This document shows, piece by piece, positions 35,201 through 50,200 of a stretch of DNA of 64,000 nucleotides. Numbering within the stretch: position 1 is the first letter of the stretch; each line of letters starts with the position of its first letter. A program made the translations under genes and the position numbers. The stretch comes from Eledone cirrhosa (taxonomy: Eukaryota), in NCBI GenBank assembly GCA_964016885.1, contig OZ024740.1, forward strand, positions 422,096,001-422,160,000, written 5' to 3'. The notes beneath the pieces were generated by a model. It was not told where the DNA came from, did not search any database, and was given only the letters and a program-made list of their open reading frames with translations.

Positions 35201-38200
35201 CAATATCTGCCCTAAGGTAGCAGGTTTCTACTTCAGTGTTGTTTTGTAAGAGTTACTGTCCCAATATCTGTCCGAAGGTAGCAGGTTTCTAGTTTAGTGT
35301 AATTTTGTAAGAGTTACTGCATCAATATCTGCCCTAAGGTAGCATGTTTCTAGTTCACTGTAATTTTGTAAGAGTTACTGTCTCAATATCTGCCCTAAGT
35401 TAGCAGGTTTCTAGTTCAGTGTTGTTTTATGAGAGTTACTGTCTCAATATCTGCCCTAAGGTAGCAGGTTTCTCGTTCAGTGTAATTTTTTAAGAGTTAC
35501 TGCATCAATATCTGCCCTAAGGTAGCAGGTTTATAGTTCAGTGTAATTTTGTAAGTGTTACTGCCTCAATATCTGCCCTAAGGTAGAAGGTTTCTAGTTC
35601 AGTGTAATTTTGTAAGAGTTACTGCGTCAATATCTGCCCTAAGGTAGCAGGTTTCTAGTTCAGTGTAATTTTGTAAGAGATACTATCTCAATATCTGCCC
35701 TAAGGTAGCAGGTTTCTAGTTCAGTGTTGTTTTGTAAGAGTTACTGCCTCAATATCTGCCCTAATGTAGTAGGTTTCTAGTTCAGTGTAATTTTGTAAGA
35801 GTTACTATCTCAATATCTGACCTAAGGTAGCAGGTTTCTAGTTCAGTGTTGTTTTGTAAGAGTTACTGCCTCAATATCTGCCCTAAGGTAGCAGGTTTCT
35901 AGTTCAGTGTAATTTTGTAAGAGTTACTGCCTCAATATCTGCCCTGACGTAGCAGGTTTCTAGTTCAGTGTTGTTTTGTAAGAGTTACTGCCTCAATATT
36001 TGCCATAAGGTAGCAGGTTTCTAGTTCACTGTTGTTTTGTAAGAGTTATTGTCTCAATATCTGCCCTAAGGTAGCAGGTTTCTAGTTCAGTGTTGTTATG
36101 TAAGAGTTATTGCATCAATATCTGCCCTAACGTAGCAGGTTTCTACTTCAGTGTTGTTTTGTAAGAGTTATTGTCTCAATATCTGCCCTAAGGCAGCAGG
36201 TTTCTAGTTCAGTGTTGTTATGTAAGAGTTACTGCATCAATATCTGCCCAAAGTAGCAGGTTTCTAGTTCACTGTAATTTTGTAAGAGTTACTGCCTCAA
36301 TATCTGCCCTAAGGTAGCAGGTTTCTAGTTCAGTGTGGTTTTGTAAGAGTTACTGTCTCAATATTTGCCATAATGTAGCAGGTTTCTAGTTCAGTGTTGT
36401 TTTGTAAGTGTTACTGCCTCAATATCTGCCCTAATGTAGCAGGTTTCTAGTTCGGTGTTGTTTTGTAAGAGTTACTATCTCAATATCTGCCCTAAGGTTG
36501 CAGGTTTCTAGTTCACTGTAATTTTGTAAGAGTTACTGCCTCAATATCTGCCCTAAGGTAGCAGGTTTCTAGTTCAGTGTGGTTTTGTAAGAGTTACTGT
36601 CTCAATATCTGCCATAATGTAGCAGGTTTCTAGTTCAGTGTTGTTTTGTAAGAGTTACTGCCTCAATATCTGCCCTAACGTAGCAGGTTTCTAGTTCAGT
36701 GTTGTTTTGTTATAGTTACTGCCTCAATATCTGCCCTAAGGTAGCAGGTTTCTAGTCAGTGTTGCTTTGTAAGAGTTACTGCCTCAATATCTGCCCTAAG
36801 GTAGCAGGTTTCTAGTTCAGTGTTGCTTTGTAAGAGTTACTGCCTCAATATCTGCCCTAAGGTAGCAGGTTTCTACTTAAGTGTTGTTTTGTAAGAGTTA
36901 CTGTCCCAATATCTGCCCGAAGGTAGCAGGTTTCTAGTTTAGTGTAATTTTGTAAGAGTTACTGCATCAATATCTGCCCTAAGGTAGCAGGTTTCTAGTT
37001 CAGTGTTGTTTTGTAAGAGTTACTGACTCATTATCTGCCCTAAGGTAGCAGGTTTCTAGTTCAGTGTAGTTTTGTAAGAGTTACTGTCTCAATATCTGCC
37101 CTAAGGTAGCAGGTTTCTAGTTCAGTGTAATTTTGTAAGAGTTACTGCCTCAATATCTGCCCTAAGGTAAAAGGTTTCTTGTTCAGCGTAATTTTGGAAG
37201 AGTTACTGCCTCATTATCTGCCCTAAGGTAGCAGGTTTCTAGTTCAGTGTAGTTTTGTAACAGTTACTGTCTCAATATCTGCCCTAAGACAGCAGGTTTC
37301 TAGTTCAGTGTTGTTTTATGAGAGTTACTGTCCCAATATCTGCCCTAAGTTAGCAGGTTTCTCGTTCAGTGTTGTTATGTAAGAGTTACTGCATCAATAT
37401 CTGCCCTAAGGTAGCAGGTTTCTAGTTCAGTGTAATTTTGTAACAGTTACTGCCTCAATATCTGCCCTAAGGTAGAAGGTTTCTAGTTCAGTGTAATTTT
37501 GTAAGAGTTACTGCCTCAATATCTGCCCTAAGGTAGAAGGTTTCTAGTTCAGTGTAATTTTGTAAGAGTTACTGTCTCAATATCTGCCCTAAGTTAGCAG
37601 TTTTCTAGTTCAGTGTTGTTTTGTAAGAGTTATCGTCTCAATATCTGCCCTAAGGTAGCAGGTTTCTAGTTCAGTGTTGTTTTGTAAGTGTTACTACCTC
37701 AATATCTGCCCTAATGTAGCAGGTTTCTGGTTCAGTGTTGTTTTGTAAGAGTTACTGCCTCAATATCAGCCCTAAGGTAGCAGGTTTCTAGTTCAGTGTA
37801 ATTTTGTAAGAGTTACTGCCTCAATGTCTGCCCTAACGTAGCAGGTTTCTAGTTCAGTGTTGTTTAGTAAGAGTTACTGCCTCAATATCTGCCATAAGGT
37901 AGCAGGTTTCTAGTTCAGTGTTGTTTTGTAATAGTTACTGTCTCAATATCTGCCCTAAGGTAGCAGGTTTCTAGTTCAGTGTTGCTTTGTAAGAGTTACT
38001 GCCTCAATATCTGCCATAAGGTAGCAGGTTTCTAGTTCACTGAAATTTTGTAAGAGATACTATCTCAATATCTGCCCTAAGGTAGCAGGTTTCTAGTTCA
38101 GTGTTGTTTTGTAAGAGTTACTGCCTCAATATCTGCCCTAGGGTAGCAGGTTTCTAGTACAGTGTTGCTTTGTAAGAGATACTGCCTCAATATCTGCCCT

Positions 38201-41200
38201 AACGTAGCAGGTTTCTACTTCAGTGTTGTTTTGTAAGAGTTATTGTCTCAATATCTGCCCTAAGGCAGCAGGTTTCTAGTTCAGTGTTGTTTTGTAAGAG
38301 TTACTGCCTCAATATCTGCCCTAAGACAGCAGGTTTCTAGTTCAGTGTAATTTTGTAAGAGTTACTGTCTCAATATCTGCCCTAAGACTGCAGGTTTCTA
38401 GTTCAGTGTGGTTTTATGACAGTTACTGTCTCAATATCTGCTCTATGGTAGCAGGTTTCTAGTTCAGTGTAATTGTGTAAGAGTTACTGCCTCAATATCT
38501 GCCCTAAGGTAGCTGGTTTATAGTTCAGTGTAATTTTGTAAGAGTTACTGCCTCAATATCTGCCCTAATGTAGCAGGTTTCTAGTTCACTGTTGTTTTGT
38601 AAGAGTTGCTGTCTCAATATCTGCCCTAAGGTAGCAGGTTTCTAGTTCAGTGTAATTTTGTAAGAGTTACTGCCTCAATATCTGCCCTACGGTAAAAGGT
38701 TTCTTGTTCAGCGTAATTTTGGAAGAGTTACTGCCTCAATATCTGCCCTAAGGTAGCAGGTTTCTAGTTCAGTGTAATTGTGTAAGAGTTACTGTCTCAA
38801 TATCTGCCCTAAGGTAGCAGGTTTCTAGTTAGTGTAATTTTCTAAGAGTTATTGCCTCAATATCTGCCCTAAGGTAGCAGGTTTCTAGTTCAGTGTAATT
38901 TTTCAAGAGTTACTGTCTCAATAACTGCCCTAAGGTAGCAGGTTTCTAGTTCAGTGTTGTTTTGTAAGAGTTACTGCCTCAATATCTGCCCTAAGGAAGC
39001 AGGTTTCTAGTTCAATGTTGTTTTGTAAGAGTTACTGCCTCAATATCTGCCCTATGGTAGCAGATTTCTAGTTCACTGAAATTTTGTAAGAGTTACTATC
39101 TCAATATCTGCCCTAAGGTAGCAGGTTTCTAGTTCAGTGTTGTTTTGTAAGTGTTACTGCCTCAATATCTGCCCTATTGTAGCAGGTTTCTAGTTCAGTG
39201 TTGTTTTGTAAGATTTACTGCCTCAATATCTGCCCTAACGTAGCAGGTTTCTAGTCAGTGTTGCTTTGTAAGAGTTACTGCCTCAATATCTGCCCTAAGG
39301 TAGCAGGTTTCTAGTTCAGTGTTGGTTTGTAAGAGTTACTGCTTCAATATCTGCCTTAAGGTAGCAGGTTTCTACTTCAGTGTTGTTTTGTAAGAGTTAC
39401 TGTCACAATATCTGCCCGAAGGTAGCAGGTTTCTAGTTTAGTGTAATTTTGTAAGAGTTACTGCATCAATATCTGCCCTAAGGTATCATGTTTTTAGTTC
39501 ACTGTAATTTTGTAAGAGTTACTGTCTCAATATCTGTCCTAAGGTAGCAGGTTTCTAGTTCAGTGTTGTTTATAAGAGTTACTGTCTCAATATCTGCCCT
39601 AAGACAGCAGGTTTCTAGTTCAGTGTTGTTTTATGAGAGTTACTGTCTCAATATCTGCCCTAAGACAGCAGGTTTCTCGTTCAGTGTTGTTATGTAAGAG
39701 TTACTACATCAATATCTGCCCTAAGGTAGCAGATTTCTAGTTCAGTGTAATTTTGTAAGAGTTGCTGCCTCAATATCTGCCCTAAGGTAGAAGGTTTCTA
39801 GTTCAGTGTAATTTTGTAAGAGTTACTGCCTCAATATCTGCCCTAAGGTAGCAGGTTTCTAGTTCACTGTTGTTTTGTAAGAGTTACTGTCTCAATATCT
39901 GCCCTAACGTAGCAGGTTTCTAGTTCAGTGTTGTTTTGTAAGAGTTACTGCCTCAATATTTGCCATAAGGTAGCAGGTTTCTAGTTCACTGTTGTTTTGT
40001 AAGAGTTATTGTCTCAATATCTGCCCTAAGGTAGCAGGTTTCTAGTTCAGTGTTGTTATGTAAGAGTTATTGCATCAATATCTGCCCTAACGTAGCAGGT
40101 TTCTACTTCAGTGTTGTTTTGCAAGAGTTATTGTCTCAATATCTGCCCTAAGGCAGCAGGTTTCTAGTTCAGTGTTGTTATGTAAGAGTTACTGCCTCAA
40201 TATTTGCCATAAGGTAGCAGGTTTCTAGTTCACTGTTGTTTTGTAAGAGTTATTGTCTCAATATCTGCCCTAAGGTAGCAGGTTTCTAGTTCACTGTAAT
40301 TTTGTAAGAGTTACTGCCTCAATATCTGCCCTAAAGTAGCAGGTTTCTAGTTCAGTGTGGTTTTGTAAGAGTTACTGTCTCAATATCTGCCATAATGTAG
40401 CAGGTTTCTAGTTCAGTATTGTTTTGTAAGAGTTACTGCCTCAATATCTGCCCTAACGTAGCAGGTTTCTAGTTCAGTGTTGTTTTGTTATAGTTACTGC
40501 CTCAATATCTGCCCTAAGGTAGCAGGTTTCTAGTCAGTGTTGCTTTGTAAGAGTTACTGCCTCAATATCTGCCCTAAGGTAGCAGGTTTCTAGTTCAGTG
40601 TTGCTTTGTAAGAGTTACTGCCTCAATATCTGCCCTAAGGTAGCAGGTTTCTACATCAGTGTTGTTTTGTAAGAGTTACTGTCCCAATATCTGCCCGAAG
40701 GTAGCAGGTTTCTAGTTTAGTGTAATTTTGTAAGAGTTACTGCATCAATATCTGCCCTAAGGTAGCAGGTTTCTAGTTCAGTGTTGTTTTGTAAGAGTTA
40801 CTGACTCATTATCTGCCCTAAGGTAGCAGGTTTCTAGTTCAGTGTAGTTTTGTAAGAGTTACTGTCTCAATATCTGCCCTAAGGTAGCAGGTTTCTAGTT
40901 CAGTGTTGTTTTGTAACAGTTACTGTCTCAATATCTGCCCTAAGACAGCAGGTTTCTAGTTCAGTGTTGTTTTATGAGAGTTACTGTCCCAATATCTGCC
41001 CTAAGTTAGCAGGTTTCTCGTTCAGTGTTGTTATGTAAGAGTTACTGCATCAATATCTGCCCTAAGGTAGCAGGTTTCTAGTTCAGTGTAATTTTGTAAC
41101 AGTTGCTGCCTCAATATCTGCCCTAAGGTAGAAGGTTTCTAGTTCAGTGTAATTTTGTAAGAGTTACTGTCTCAACATCTGCCCTAAGGTAGCAGGTTTC

Positions 41201-44200
41201 TAGTTCAGTGTTGTTTTGTAAGAGTTACTATCTCAATATCTGCCCTAAGTTAGCAGTTTTCTAGTTCAGTGTTGTTTTGTAAGAGTTATCCTCTCAATAT
41301 CTGCCCTAAGGTAGCAGGTTTCTAGTTCAGTGTTGTTTTGTAAGTGTTACTACCTCAATATCTGCCCTAATGTAGCAGGTTTCTGGTTCAGTGTTGTTTT
41401 GTAAGAGTTACTGCCTCAATATCAGCCCTAAGGTAGCAGGTTTCTAGTTCAGTGTAATTTTGTAAGAGTTACTGCCTCAATGTCTGCCCTAACGTAGCAG
41501 GTTTCTAGTTCAGTGTTGTTTAGTAAGAGTTACTGCCTCAATATCTGCCATAAGGTAGCAGGTTTCTAGTTCAGTGTTGTTCTGTAATAGTTACTGTCTC
41601 AATATCTGCCCTAAGGTAGCAGGTTTCTAGTTCAGTGTTGCTTTGTAAGAGTTACTGCCTCAATATCTGCCCTAAGGTAGCAGGTTTCTAGTTCACTGAA
41701 ATTTTGTAAGAGATACTATCTCAATATCTGCCCTAAGGTAGCAGGTTTCTAGTTCAGTGTTGTTTTGTAAGAGTTACTGCCTCAATATCTGCCCTAGGGT
41801 AGCAGGTTTCTAGTACAGTGTTGCTTTGTAAGAGATACTGCCTCAATATCTGCCCTAACGTAGCAGGTTTCTACTTCAGTGTTGTTTTGTAAGAGTTATT
41901 GTCTCAATATCTGCCCTAAGGCAGCAGGTTTCTAGTTCAGTGTTGTTTTGTAAGAGTTACTGCCTCAATATCTGCCCTAAGACAGCAGGTTTCTAGTTCA
42001 GTGTAATTTTGTAAGAGTTACTGTCTCAATATCTGCCCTAAGACTGGAGGTTTCTAGTTCAGTGTAGTTTTATGAGAGTTACTGTCTCAATATCTGCTCT
42101 ATGGTAGCAGGTTTCTAGTTCAGTGTAATTGTGTAAGAGTTACTGCCTCAATATCTGCCCTAATGTAGCAGGTTTCTAGTTCACTGTTGTTTTGTAAGAG
42201 TTGCTGTCTCAATATCTGCCCTAAGGTAGCAGGTTTCTAGTTCAGTGTAATTTTGTAAGAGTTACTGCCTCAATATCTGCCCTAAGGTAAAAGGTTTCTT
42301 GTTCAGCGTAATTTTGGAAGAGTTACTGCCTCAATATCTGCCCTAAGGTAGCAGGTTTCTAGTTCAGTGTAATTGTGTAAGAGTTACTGTCTCAATATCT
42401 GCCCTAAGGTAGCAGGTTTCTAGTTAGTGTAATTTTCTAAGAGTTATTGCCTCAATATCTGCCCTAAGGTAGCAGGTTTCTAGTTCAGTGTAATTTTTCA
42501 AGAGTTACTATCTCAATATCTGCCCTAAGGTAGCAGGTTTCTAGTTCAGTGTTGTTTTGTAAGAGTTACTGCCTCAATATCTGCCCTAAGGAAGCAGGTT
42601 TCTAGTTCAATGTTGTTTTGTAAGAGATACTGCCTCAATATCTGCCCTATGGTAGCAGATTTCTAGTTCACTGAAATTTTGTAAGAGTTACTATCTCAAT
42701 ATCTGCCCGAAGGTAGCAGGTTTCTAGTTCAGTGTTGTTTTGTAAGTGTTACTGCCTCAATATCTGCCATAAGGTAGCAGGTTTCTAGTTCAGTGTTGTT
42801 CTGTAATAGTTACTGTCTCAATATCTGCCCTAAGGTAGCAGGTTTCTAATTCAGTGTAATTTTCTAAGAGTTACTGCCTCAATATTTGGCCTAAGTTAGC
42901 AGGTTTCTAGTTCAGTGTTGTTTTGTAAGATTTACTGCCTCAATATCTGCCCTAATGTAGTAGGTTTCTAGTTCAGTGTAGTTTTGTAAGAGTTACTATC
43001 TCAATATCTGCCCTAAGTTAGCAGGTTTCTAGTTCAGTGTAGTTTTGTAAGAGTTTCTATCTCAATATCTGCCCTAAGGTAGCAGCTTTCTAGTTCAGTG
43101 TTGTTTTGTAACAGTTACTGCCTCAATATCTGCCCTAATGTAGTAGGTTTCTAGTTCAGTGTAGTTTTGTAAGAGTTACTAGCTCAATATCTGCCCTAAG
43201 TTAGCAGGTTTCTAGTTCAGTGTTGTTTTGTAAGATTTACTGCCTCAATATCTGCCCTAATGTAGTAGGTTTCTAGTTCAGTGTAGTTTTGTAAGAGTTA
43301 CTATCTCAATATCTGCCCTAAGTTAGCAGTTTTCTAGTTCAGTGTTGTTTTGTAAGAGTTATCGTCTCAATATCTGCCCTAAGGTAGCAGGTTTCTAGTT
43401 CAGTGTTGTTTTGTAAGAGTTACTGCCTCAATATATGCCCTAAGGTAGCAGGTTTCTAGTTCACTGAAATTTTTAAGAGTTACTATCTCAATATTTGCCC
43501 TAAGGTAGCAGGTTTCTAGTTCAGTGTTGTTTTGTAAGTGTTACTACCTCAATATCTGCCCTAATGTAGCAGGTTTCTAGTTCACTGTTGTTTTGTAAGA
43601 GTTGCTGTCTCAATATCTGCCCTAAGGTAGCAGGTTTCTAGTTCAGTGTAATTTTGTAAGAGTTACTGCCTCAATATCTGCCCTAAGGTAAAAGGTTTCT
43701 TGTTCAGCGTAATTTTGGAAGAGTTACTGCCTCAATATCTGCCCTAAGGTAGCAGGTTTCTAGTTCAGTGTAATTGTGTAAGAGTTACTGTCTCAATATC
43801 TGCCCTAAGGTAGCAGGTTTCTAGTTAGTGTAATTTTCTAAGAGTTATTGCCTCAATATCTGCCCTAAGGTAGCAGGTTTCTAGTTCAGTGTAATTTTTC
43901 AAGAGTTACTGTCTCAATATCTGCCCTAAGGTAGCAGGTTTCTAGTTCAGTGTTGTTTTCTAAGAGTTACTGCCTCAATATCTGCCCTATGGTAGCAGAT
44001 TTCTAGTTCACTGAAATTTTGTAAGAGTTACTATCTCAATATCTGCCCTAAGGTAGCAGGTTTCTAGTTCAGTGTTGTTTTGTAAGTGTTACTGCCTCAA
44101 TATCTGCCCTACTGTAGCAGGTTTCTAGTTCAGTGTTGTTTTGTAAGATTTACTGCCTCAATATCTCCCCTAACGTAGCAGGTTTCTAGTCAGTGTTGCT

Positions 44201-47200
44201 TTGTAAGAGTTACTGCCTCAATATCTGCCCTAAGGTAGCAGGTTTCTAGTTCAGTGTTGGTTTGTAAGAGTTACTGCTTCAATATCTGCCTTAAGGTAGC
44301 AGGTTTCTACTTCAGTGTTGTTTTGTAAGAGTTACTGTCACAATATCTGCCCGAAGGTAGCAGGTTTCTAGTTTAGTGTAATTTTGTAAGAGTTACTTCA
44401 TCAATATCTGCCCTAAGGTAGCAGGTTTCTAATTCAGTGTAATTTTCTAAGAGTTACTGCCTCAATATTTGGCCTAAGTTAGCAGGTTTCTAGTTCAGTG
44501 TTGTTTTGTAAGATTTACTGCCTCAATATCTGCCCTAATGTAGTAGGTTTCTAGTTCAGTGTAGTTTTGTAAGAGTTACTATCTCAATATCTGCCCTAAG
44601 TTAGCAGGTTTCTAGTTCAGTGTAGTTTTGTAAGAGTTTCTATCTCAATATCTGCCCTAAGGTAGCAGCTTTCTAGTTCAGTGTTGTTTTGTAAGAGTTA
44701 CTGCCTCAATATCTGCCCTAAGGTAGCAGGTTTCTAGTTCACTGAAATTTTGTAAGAGATACTATCTCAATATCTGCCCTAAGGTAGCAGGTTTCTAGTT
44801 CAGTGTTGTTTTGTAAGAGTTACTGCCTCAATATCTGCCCTAGGGTAGCAGGTTTCTAGTACAGTGTTGCTTTGTAAGAGATACTGCCTCAATATCTGCC
44901 CTAACGTAGCAGGTTTCTACTTCAGTGTTGTTTTGTAAGAGTTATTGTCTCAATATCTGCCCTAAGGCAGCAGGTTTCTAGTTCAGTGTTGTTTTGTAAG
45001 AGTTACTGCCTCAATATCTGCCCTAAGACAGCAGGTTTCTAGTTCAGTGTAATTTTGTAAGAGTTACTGTCTCAATATCTGCCCTAAGACTGGAGGTTTC
45101 TAGTTCAGTGTAGTTTTATGAGAGTTACTGTCTCAATATCTGCTCTATGGTAGCAGGTTTCTAGTTCAGTGTAATTGTGTAAGAGTTACTGCCTCAATAT
45201 CTGCCCTAAGGTAGCTGGTTCATAGTTCAGTGTAATTTTGTAAGAGTTACTGCCTCAATATCTGCCCTAATGTAGCAGGTTTCTAGTTCACTGTTGTTTT
45301 GTAAGAGTTGCTGTCTCAATATCTGCCCTAAGGTAGCAGGTTTCTAGTTCAGTGTAATTTTGTAAGAGTTACTGCCTCAATATCTGCCCTAAGGTAAAAG
45401 GTTTCTTGTTCAGCGTAATTTTGGAAGAGTTACTGCCTCAATATCTGCCCTAAGGTAGCAGGTTTCTAGTTCAGTGTAATTGTGTAAGAGTTACTGTCTC
45501 AATATCTGCCCTAAGGTAGCAGGTTTCTAGTTAGTGTAATTTTCTAAGAGTTATTGCCTCAATATCTGCCCTAAGGTAGCAGGTTTCTAGTTCAGTGTAA
45601 TTTTTCAAGAGTTACTGTCTCAATATCTGCCCTAAGGTAGCAGGTTTCTAGTTCAGTGTTGTTTTGTAAGAGTTACTGCCTCAATATCTGCCCTAAGGAA
45701 GCAGGTTTCTAGTTCAATGTTGTTTTGTAAGAGTTACTGCCTCAATATCTGCCCTATGGTAGCAGATTTCTAGTTCACTGAAATTTTGTAAGAGTTACTA
45801 TCTCAATATCTGCCCTAAGGTAGCAGGTTTCTAGTTCAGTGTTGTTTTGTAAGTGTTACTGCCTCAATATCTGCCCTATTGTAGCAGGTTTCTAGTTCAG
45901 TGTTGTTTTGTAAGATTTACTGCCTCAATATCTGCCCTAACGTAGCAGGTTTCTAGTCAGTGTTGCTTTGTAAGAGTTACTGCTTCAATATGTGCCTTAA
46001 GGTAGCAGGTTTCTACTTCAGTGTTGTTTTGTAAGAGTTACTGTCACAATATCTGCCCGAAGGTAGCAGGTTTCTAGTTTAGTGTAATTTTGTAAGAGTT
46101 ACTTCATCAATATCTGCCCTAAGGTATCATGTTTTTAGTTCACTGTAATTTTGTAAGAGTTACTGCCTCATTATCTGCCCTAAGGTAGCAGGTTTCTAGT
46201 TCAGTGTAATTTTCTAAGAGTTACTGCCTCAATATTTGGCCTAAGTTAGCAGGTTTCTAGTTCAGTGTTGTTTTGTAAGATTTACTGCCTCAATATCTGC
46301 CCTAATGTAGTAGGTTTCTAGTTCAGTGTAGTTTTGTAAGAGTTACTATCTCAATATCTGCCCTAAGTTAGCAGGTTTCTAGTTCAGTGTAGTTTTGTAA
46401 GAGTTTCTATCTCAATATCTGCCCTAATGTAGCAGCTTTCTAGTTCAGTGTTGTTTTGTAAGATTTACTGCCTCAATATCTGCCCTAATGTAGTAGGTTT
46501 CTAGTTCAGTGTAGTTTTGTAAGAGTTACTATCTCAATATCTGCCCTAAGTTAGCAGTTTTCTAGTTCAGTGTTGTTTTGTAAGAGTTATCGTCTCAATA
46601 TCTGCCCTAAGGTAGCAGGTTTCTAGTTCAGTGTTGTTTTGTAAGAGTTACTGCCTCAATATATGCCCTAAGGTAGCAGGTTTCTAGTTCACTGAAATTT
46701 TTAAGAGTTACTATCTCAATATTTGCCCTAAGGTAGCAGGTTTCTAGTTCAGTGTTGTTTTGTAAGTGTTACTACCTCAATATCTGCCCTAATGTAGCAG
46801 GTTTCTAGTTCACTGTTGTTTTGTAAGAGTTGCTGTCTCAATATCTGCCCTAAGGTAGCAGGTTTCTAGTTCAGTGTAATTTTGTAAGAGTTACTGCCTC
46901 AATATCTGCCCTAAGGTAAAAGGTTTCTTGTTCAGCGTAATTTTGGAAGAGTTACTGCCTCAATATCTGCCCTAAGGTAGCAGGTTTCTAGTTCAGTGTA
47001 ATTGTGTAAGAGTTACTGTCTCAATATCTGCCCTAAGGTAGCAGGTTTCTAGTTAGTGTAATTTTCTAAGAGTTATTGCCTCAATATCTGCCCTAAGGTA
47101 GCAGGTTTCTAGTTCAGTGTAATTTTTCAAGAGTTACTGTCTCAATATCTGCCCTAAGGTAGCAGGTTTCTAGTTCAGTGTTGTTTTGTAAGAGTTACTG

Positions 47201-50200
47201 CCTCAATATCTGCCCTAAGGAAGCAGGTTTCTAGTTCAATGTTGTTTTGTAAGAGTTACTGCCTCAATATCTGCCCTATGGTAGCAGATTTCTAGTTCAC
47301 TGAAATTTTGTAAGAGTTACTATCTCAATATCTGCCCTAAGGTAGCAGGTTTCTAGTTCAGTGTTGTTTTGTAAGTGTTACTGCCTCAATATCTGCCCTA
47401 CTGTAGCAGGTTTCTAGTTCAGTGTTGTTTTGTAAGATTTACTGCCTCAATATCTGCCCTAACGTAGCAGGTTTCTAGTCAGTGTTGCTTTGTAAGAGTT
47501 ACTGCCTCAATATCTGCCCTAAGGTAGCAGGTTTCTAGTTCAGTGTTGGTTTGTAAGAGTTACTGCTTCAATATCTGCCTTAAGGTAGCAGGTTTCTACT
47601 TCAGTGTTGTTTTGTAAGAGTTACTGTCACAATATCTGCCCGAAGGTAGCAGGTTTCTAGTTTAGTGTAATTTTGTAAGAGTTACTGCATCAATATCTGC
47701 CCTAAGGTATCATGTTTTTAGTTCACTGTAATTTTGTAAGAGTTACTGCCTCATTATCTGCCCTAAGGTAGCTGGTTTCTAATTCAGTGTAATTTTCTAA
47801 GAGTTACTGCCTCAATATTTGGCCTAAGTTAGCAGGTTTCTAGTTCAGTGTTGTTTTGTAAGATTTACTGCCTCAATATCTGCCCTAATGTAGTAGGTTT
47901 CTAGTTCAGTGTAGTTTTGTAAGAGTTACTATCTCAATATCTGCCCTAAGTTAGCAGGTTTCTAGTTCAGTGTAGTTTTGTAAGAGTTTCTATCTCAATA
48001 TCTGCCCTAAGGTAGCAGCTTTCTAGTTCAGTGTTGTTTTGTAAGAGTTACTGCCTCAATATCTGCCCTAATGTAGTAGGTTTCTAGTTCAGTGTAGTTT
48101 TGTAAGAGTTACTAGCTCAATATCTGCCCTAAGTTAGCAGGTTTCTAGTTCAGTGTTGTTTTGTAAGATTTACTGCCTCAATATCTGCCCTAATGTAGTA
48201 GGTTTCTAGTTCAGTGTAGTTTTGTAAGAGTTACTATCTCAATATCTGCCCTAAGTTAGCAGTTTTCTAGTTCAGTGTTGTTTTGTAAGAGTTATCGTCT
48301 CAATATCTGCCCTAAGGTAGCAGGTTTCTAGTTCAGTGTTGTTTTGTAAGAGTTACTGCCTCAATATATGCCCTAAGGTAGCAGGTTTCTAGCTCACTGA
48401 AATTTTTAAGAGTTACTATCTCAATATTTGCCCTAAGGTAGCAGGTTTCTAGTTCAGTGTTGTTTTGTAAGTGTTACTACCTCAATATCTGCCCTAATAT
48501 AGCAGGTTTCTGGTTCAGTGTTGTTTGGTAAGAGTTACTGCCTCAATATCAGCCCTAAGGTAGCAGGTTTCTAGTTCAGTGTAATTTTGTAAGAGTTACT
48601 GCCTCAATGTCTGCCCTAACGTAGCAGGTTTCTAGTTCAGTGTTGTTTTGTAAGAGTTACTGCCTCAATATCTGCCATAAGGTAGCAGGTTTCTAGTTCA
48701 GTGTTGTTTTGTAATAGTTACTGTCTCAATATCTGCCCTAAAGTAGCAGGTTTCTAGTTTAGTGTTGCTTTGTAAGAGTTACTGCCTCAATATCTGCCCT
48801 AAGGTAAAAGGTTTCTTGTTCAGCGTAATTTTGGAAGAGTTACTGCCTCAATATCTGCCCTAAGGTAGCAGGTTTCTAGTTCAGTGTAATTGTGTAAGAG
48901 TTACTGTCTCAATATCTGCCCTAAGGTAGCAGGTTTCTAGTTAGTGTAATTTTCTAAGAGTTATTGCCTCAATATCTGCCCTAAGGTAGCAGGTTTCTAG
49001 TTCAGTGTAATTTTTCAAGAGTTACTGTCTCAATATCTGCCCTAAGGTAGCAGGTTTCTAGTTCAGTGTTGTTTTCTAAGAGTTACTGCCTCAATATCTG
49101 CCCTATGGTAGCAGATTTCTAGTTCACTGAAATTTTGTAAGAGTTACTATCTCAATATCTGCCCTAAGGTAGCAGGTTTCTAGTTCAGTGTTGTTTTGTA
49201 AGTGTTACTGCCTCAATATCTGCCCTACTGTAGCAGGTTTCTAGTTCAGTGTTGTTTTGTAAGATTTACTGCCTCAATATCTGCCCTAACGTAGCAGGTT
49301 TCTAGTCAGTGTTGCTTTGTAAGAGTTACTGCCTCAATATCTGCCCTAAGGTAGCAGGTTTCTAGTTCAGTGTTGGTTTGTAAGAGTTACTGCTTCAATA
49401 TCTGCCTTAAGGTAGCAGGTTTCTACTTCAGTGTTGTTTTGTAAGAGTTACTGTCACAATATCTGCCCGAAGGTAGCAGGTTTCTAGTTTAGTGTAATTT
49501 TGTAAGAGTTACTGCATCAATATCTGCCCTAAGGTATCATGTTTTTAGTTCACTGTAATTTTGTAAGAGTTACTGCCTCATTATCTGCCCTAAGGTAGCA
49601 GGTTTCTAATTCAGTGTAATTTTCTAAGAGTTACTGCCTCAATATTTGGCCTAAGTTAGCAGGTTTCTAGTTCAGTGTTGTTTTGTAAGATTTACTGCCT
49701 CAATATCTGCCCTAATGTAGTAGGTTTCTAGTTCAGTGTAGTTTTGTAAGAGTTACTATCTCAATATCTGCCCTAAGTTAGCAGGTTTCTAGTTCAGTGT
49801 AGTTTTGTAAGAGTTTCTATCTCAATATCTGCCCTAAGGTAGCAGCTTTCTAGTTCAGTGTTGTTTTGTAAGAGTTACTGCCTCAATATCTGCCCTAAGG
49901 TAGCAGGTTTCTAGTTCACTGAAATTTTGTAAGAGATACTATCTCAATATCTGCCCTAAGGTAGCAGGTTTCTAGTTCAGTGTTGTTTTGTAAGAGTTAC
50001 TGCCTCAATATCTGCCCTAGGGTAGCAGGTTTCTAGTACAGTGTTGCTTTGTAAGAGATACTGCCTCAATATCTGCCCTAACGTAGCAGGTTTCTACTTC
50101 AGTGTTGTTTTGTAAGAGTTATTGTCTCAATATCTGCCCTAAGGCAGCAGGTTTCTAGTTCAGTGTTGTTTTGTAAGAGTTACTGCCTCAATATCTGCCC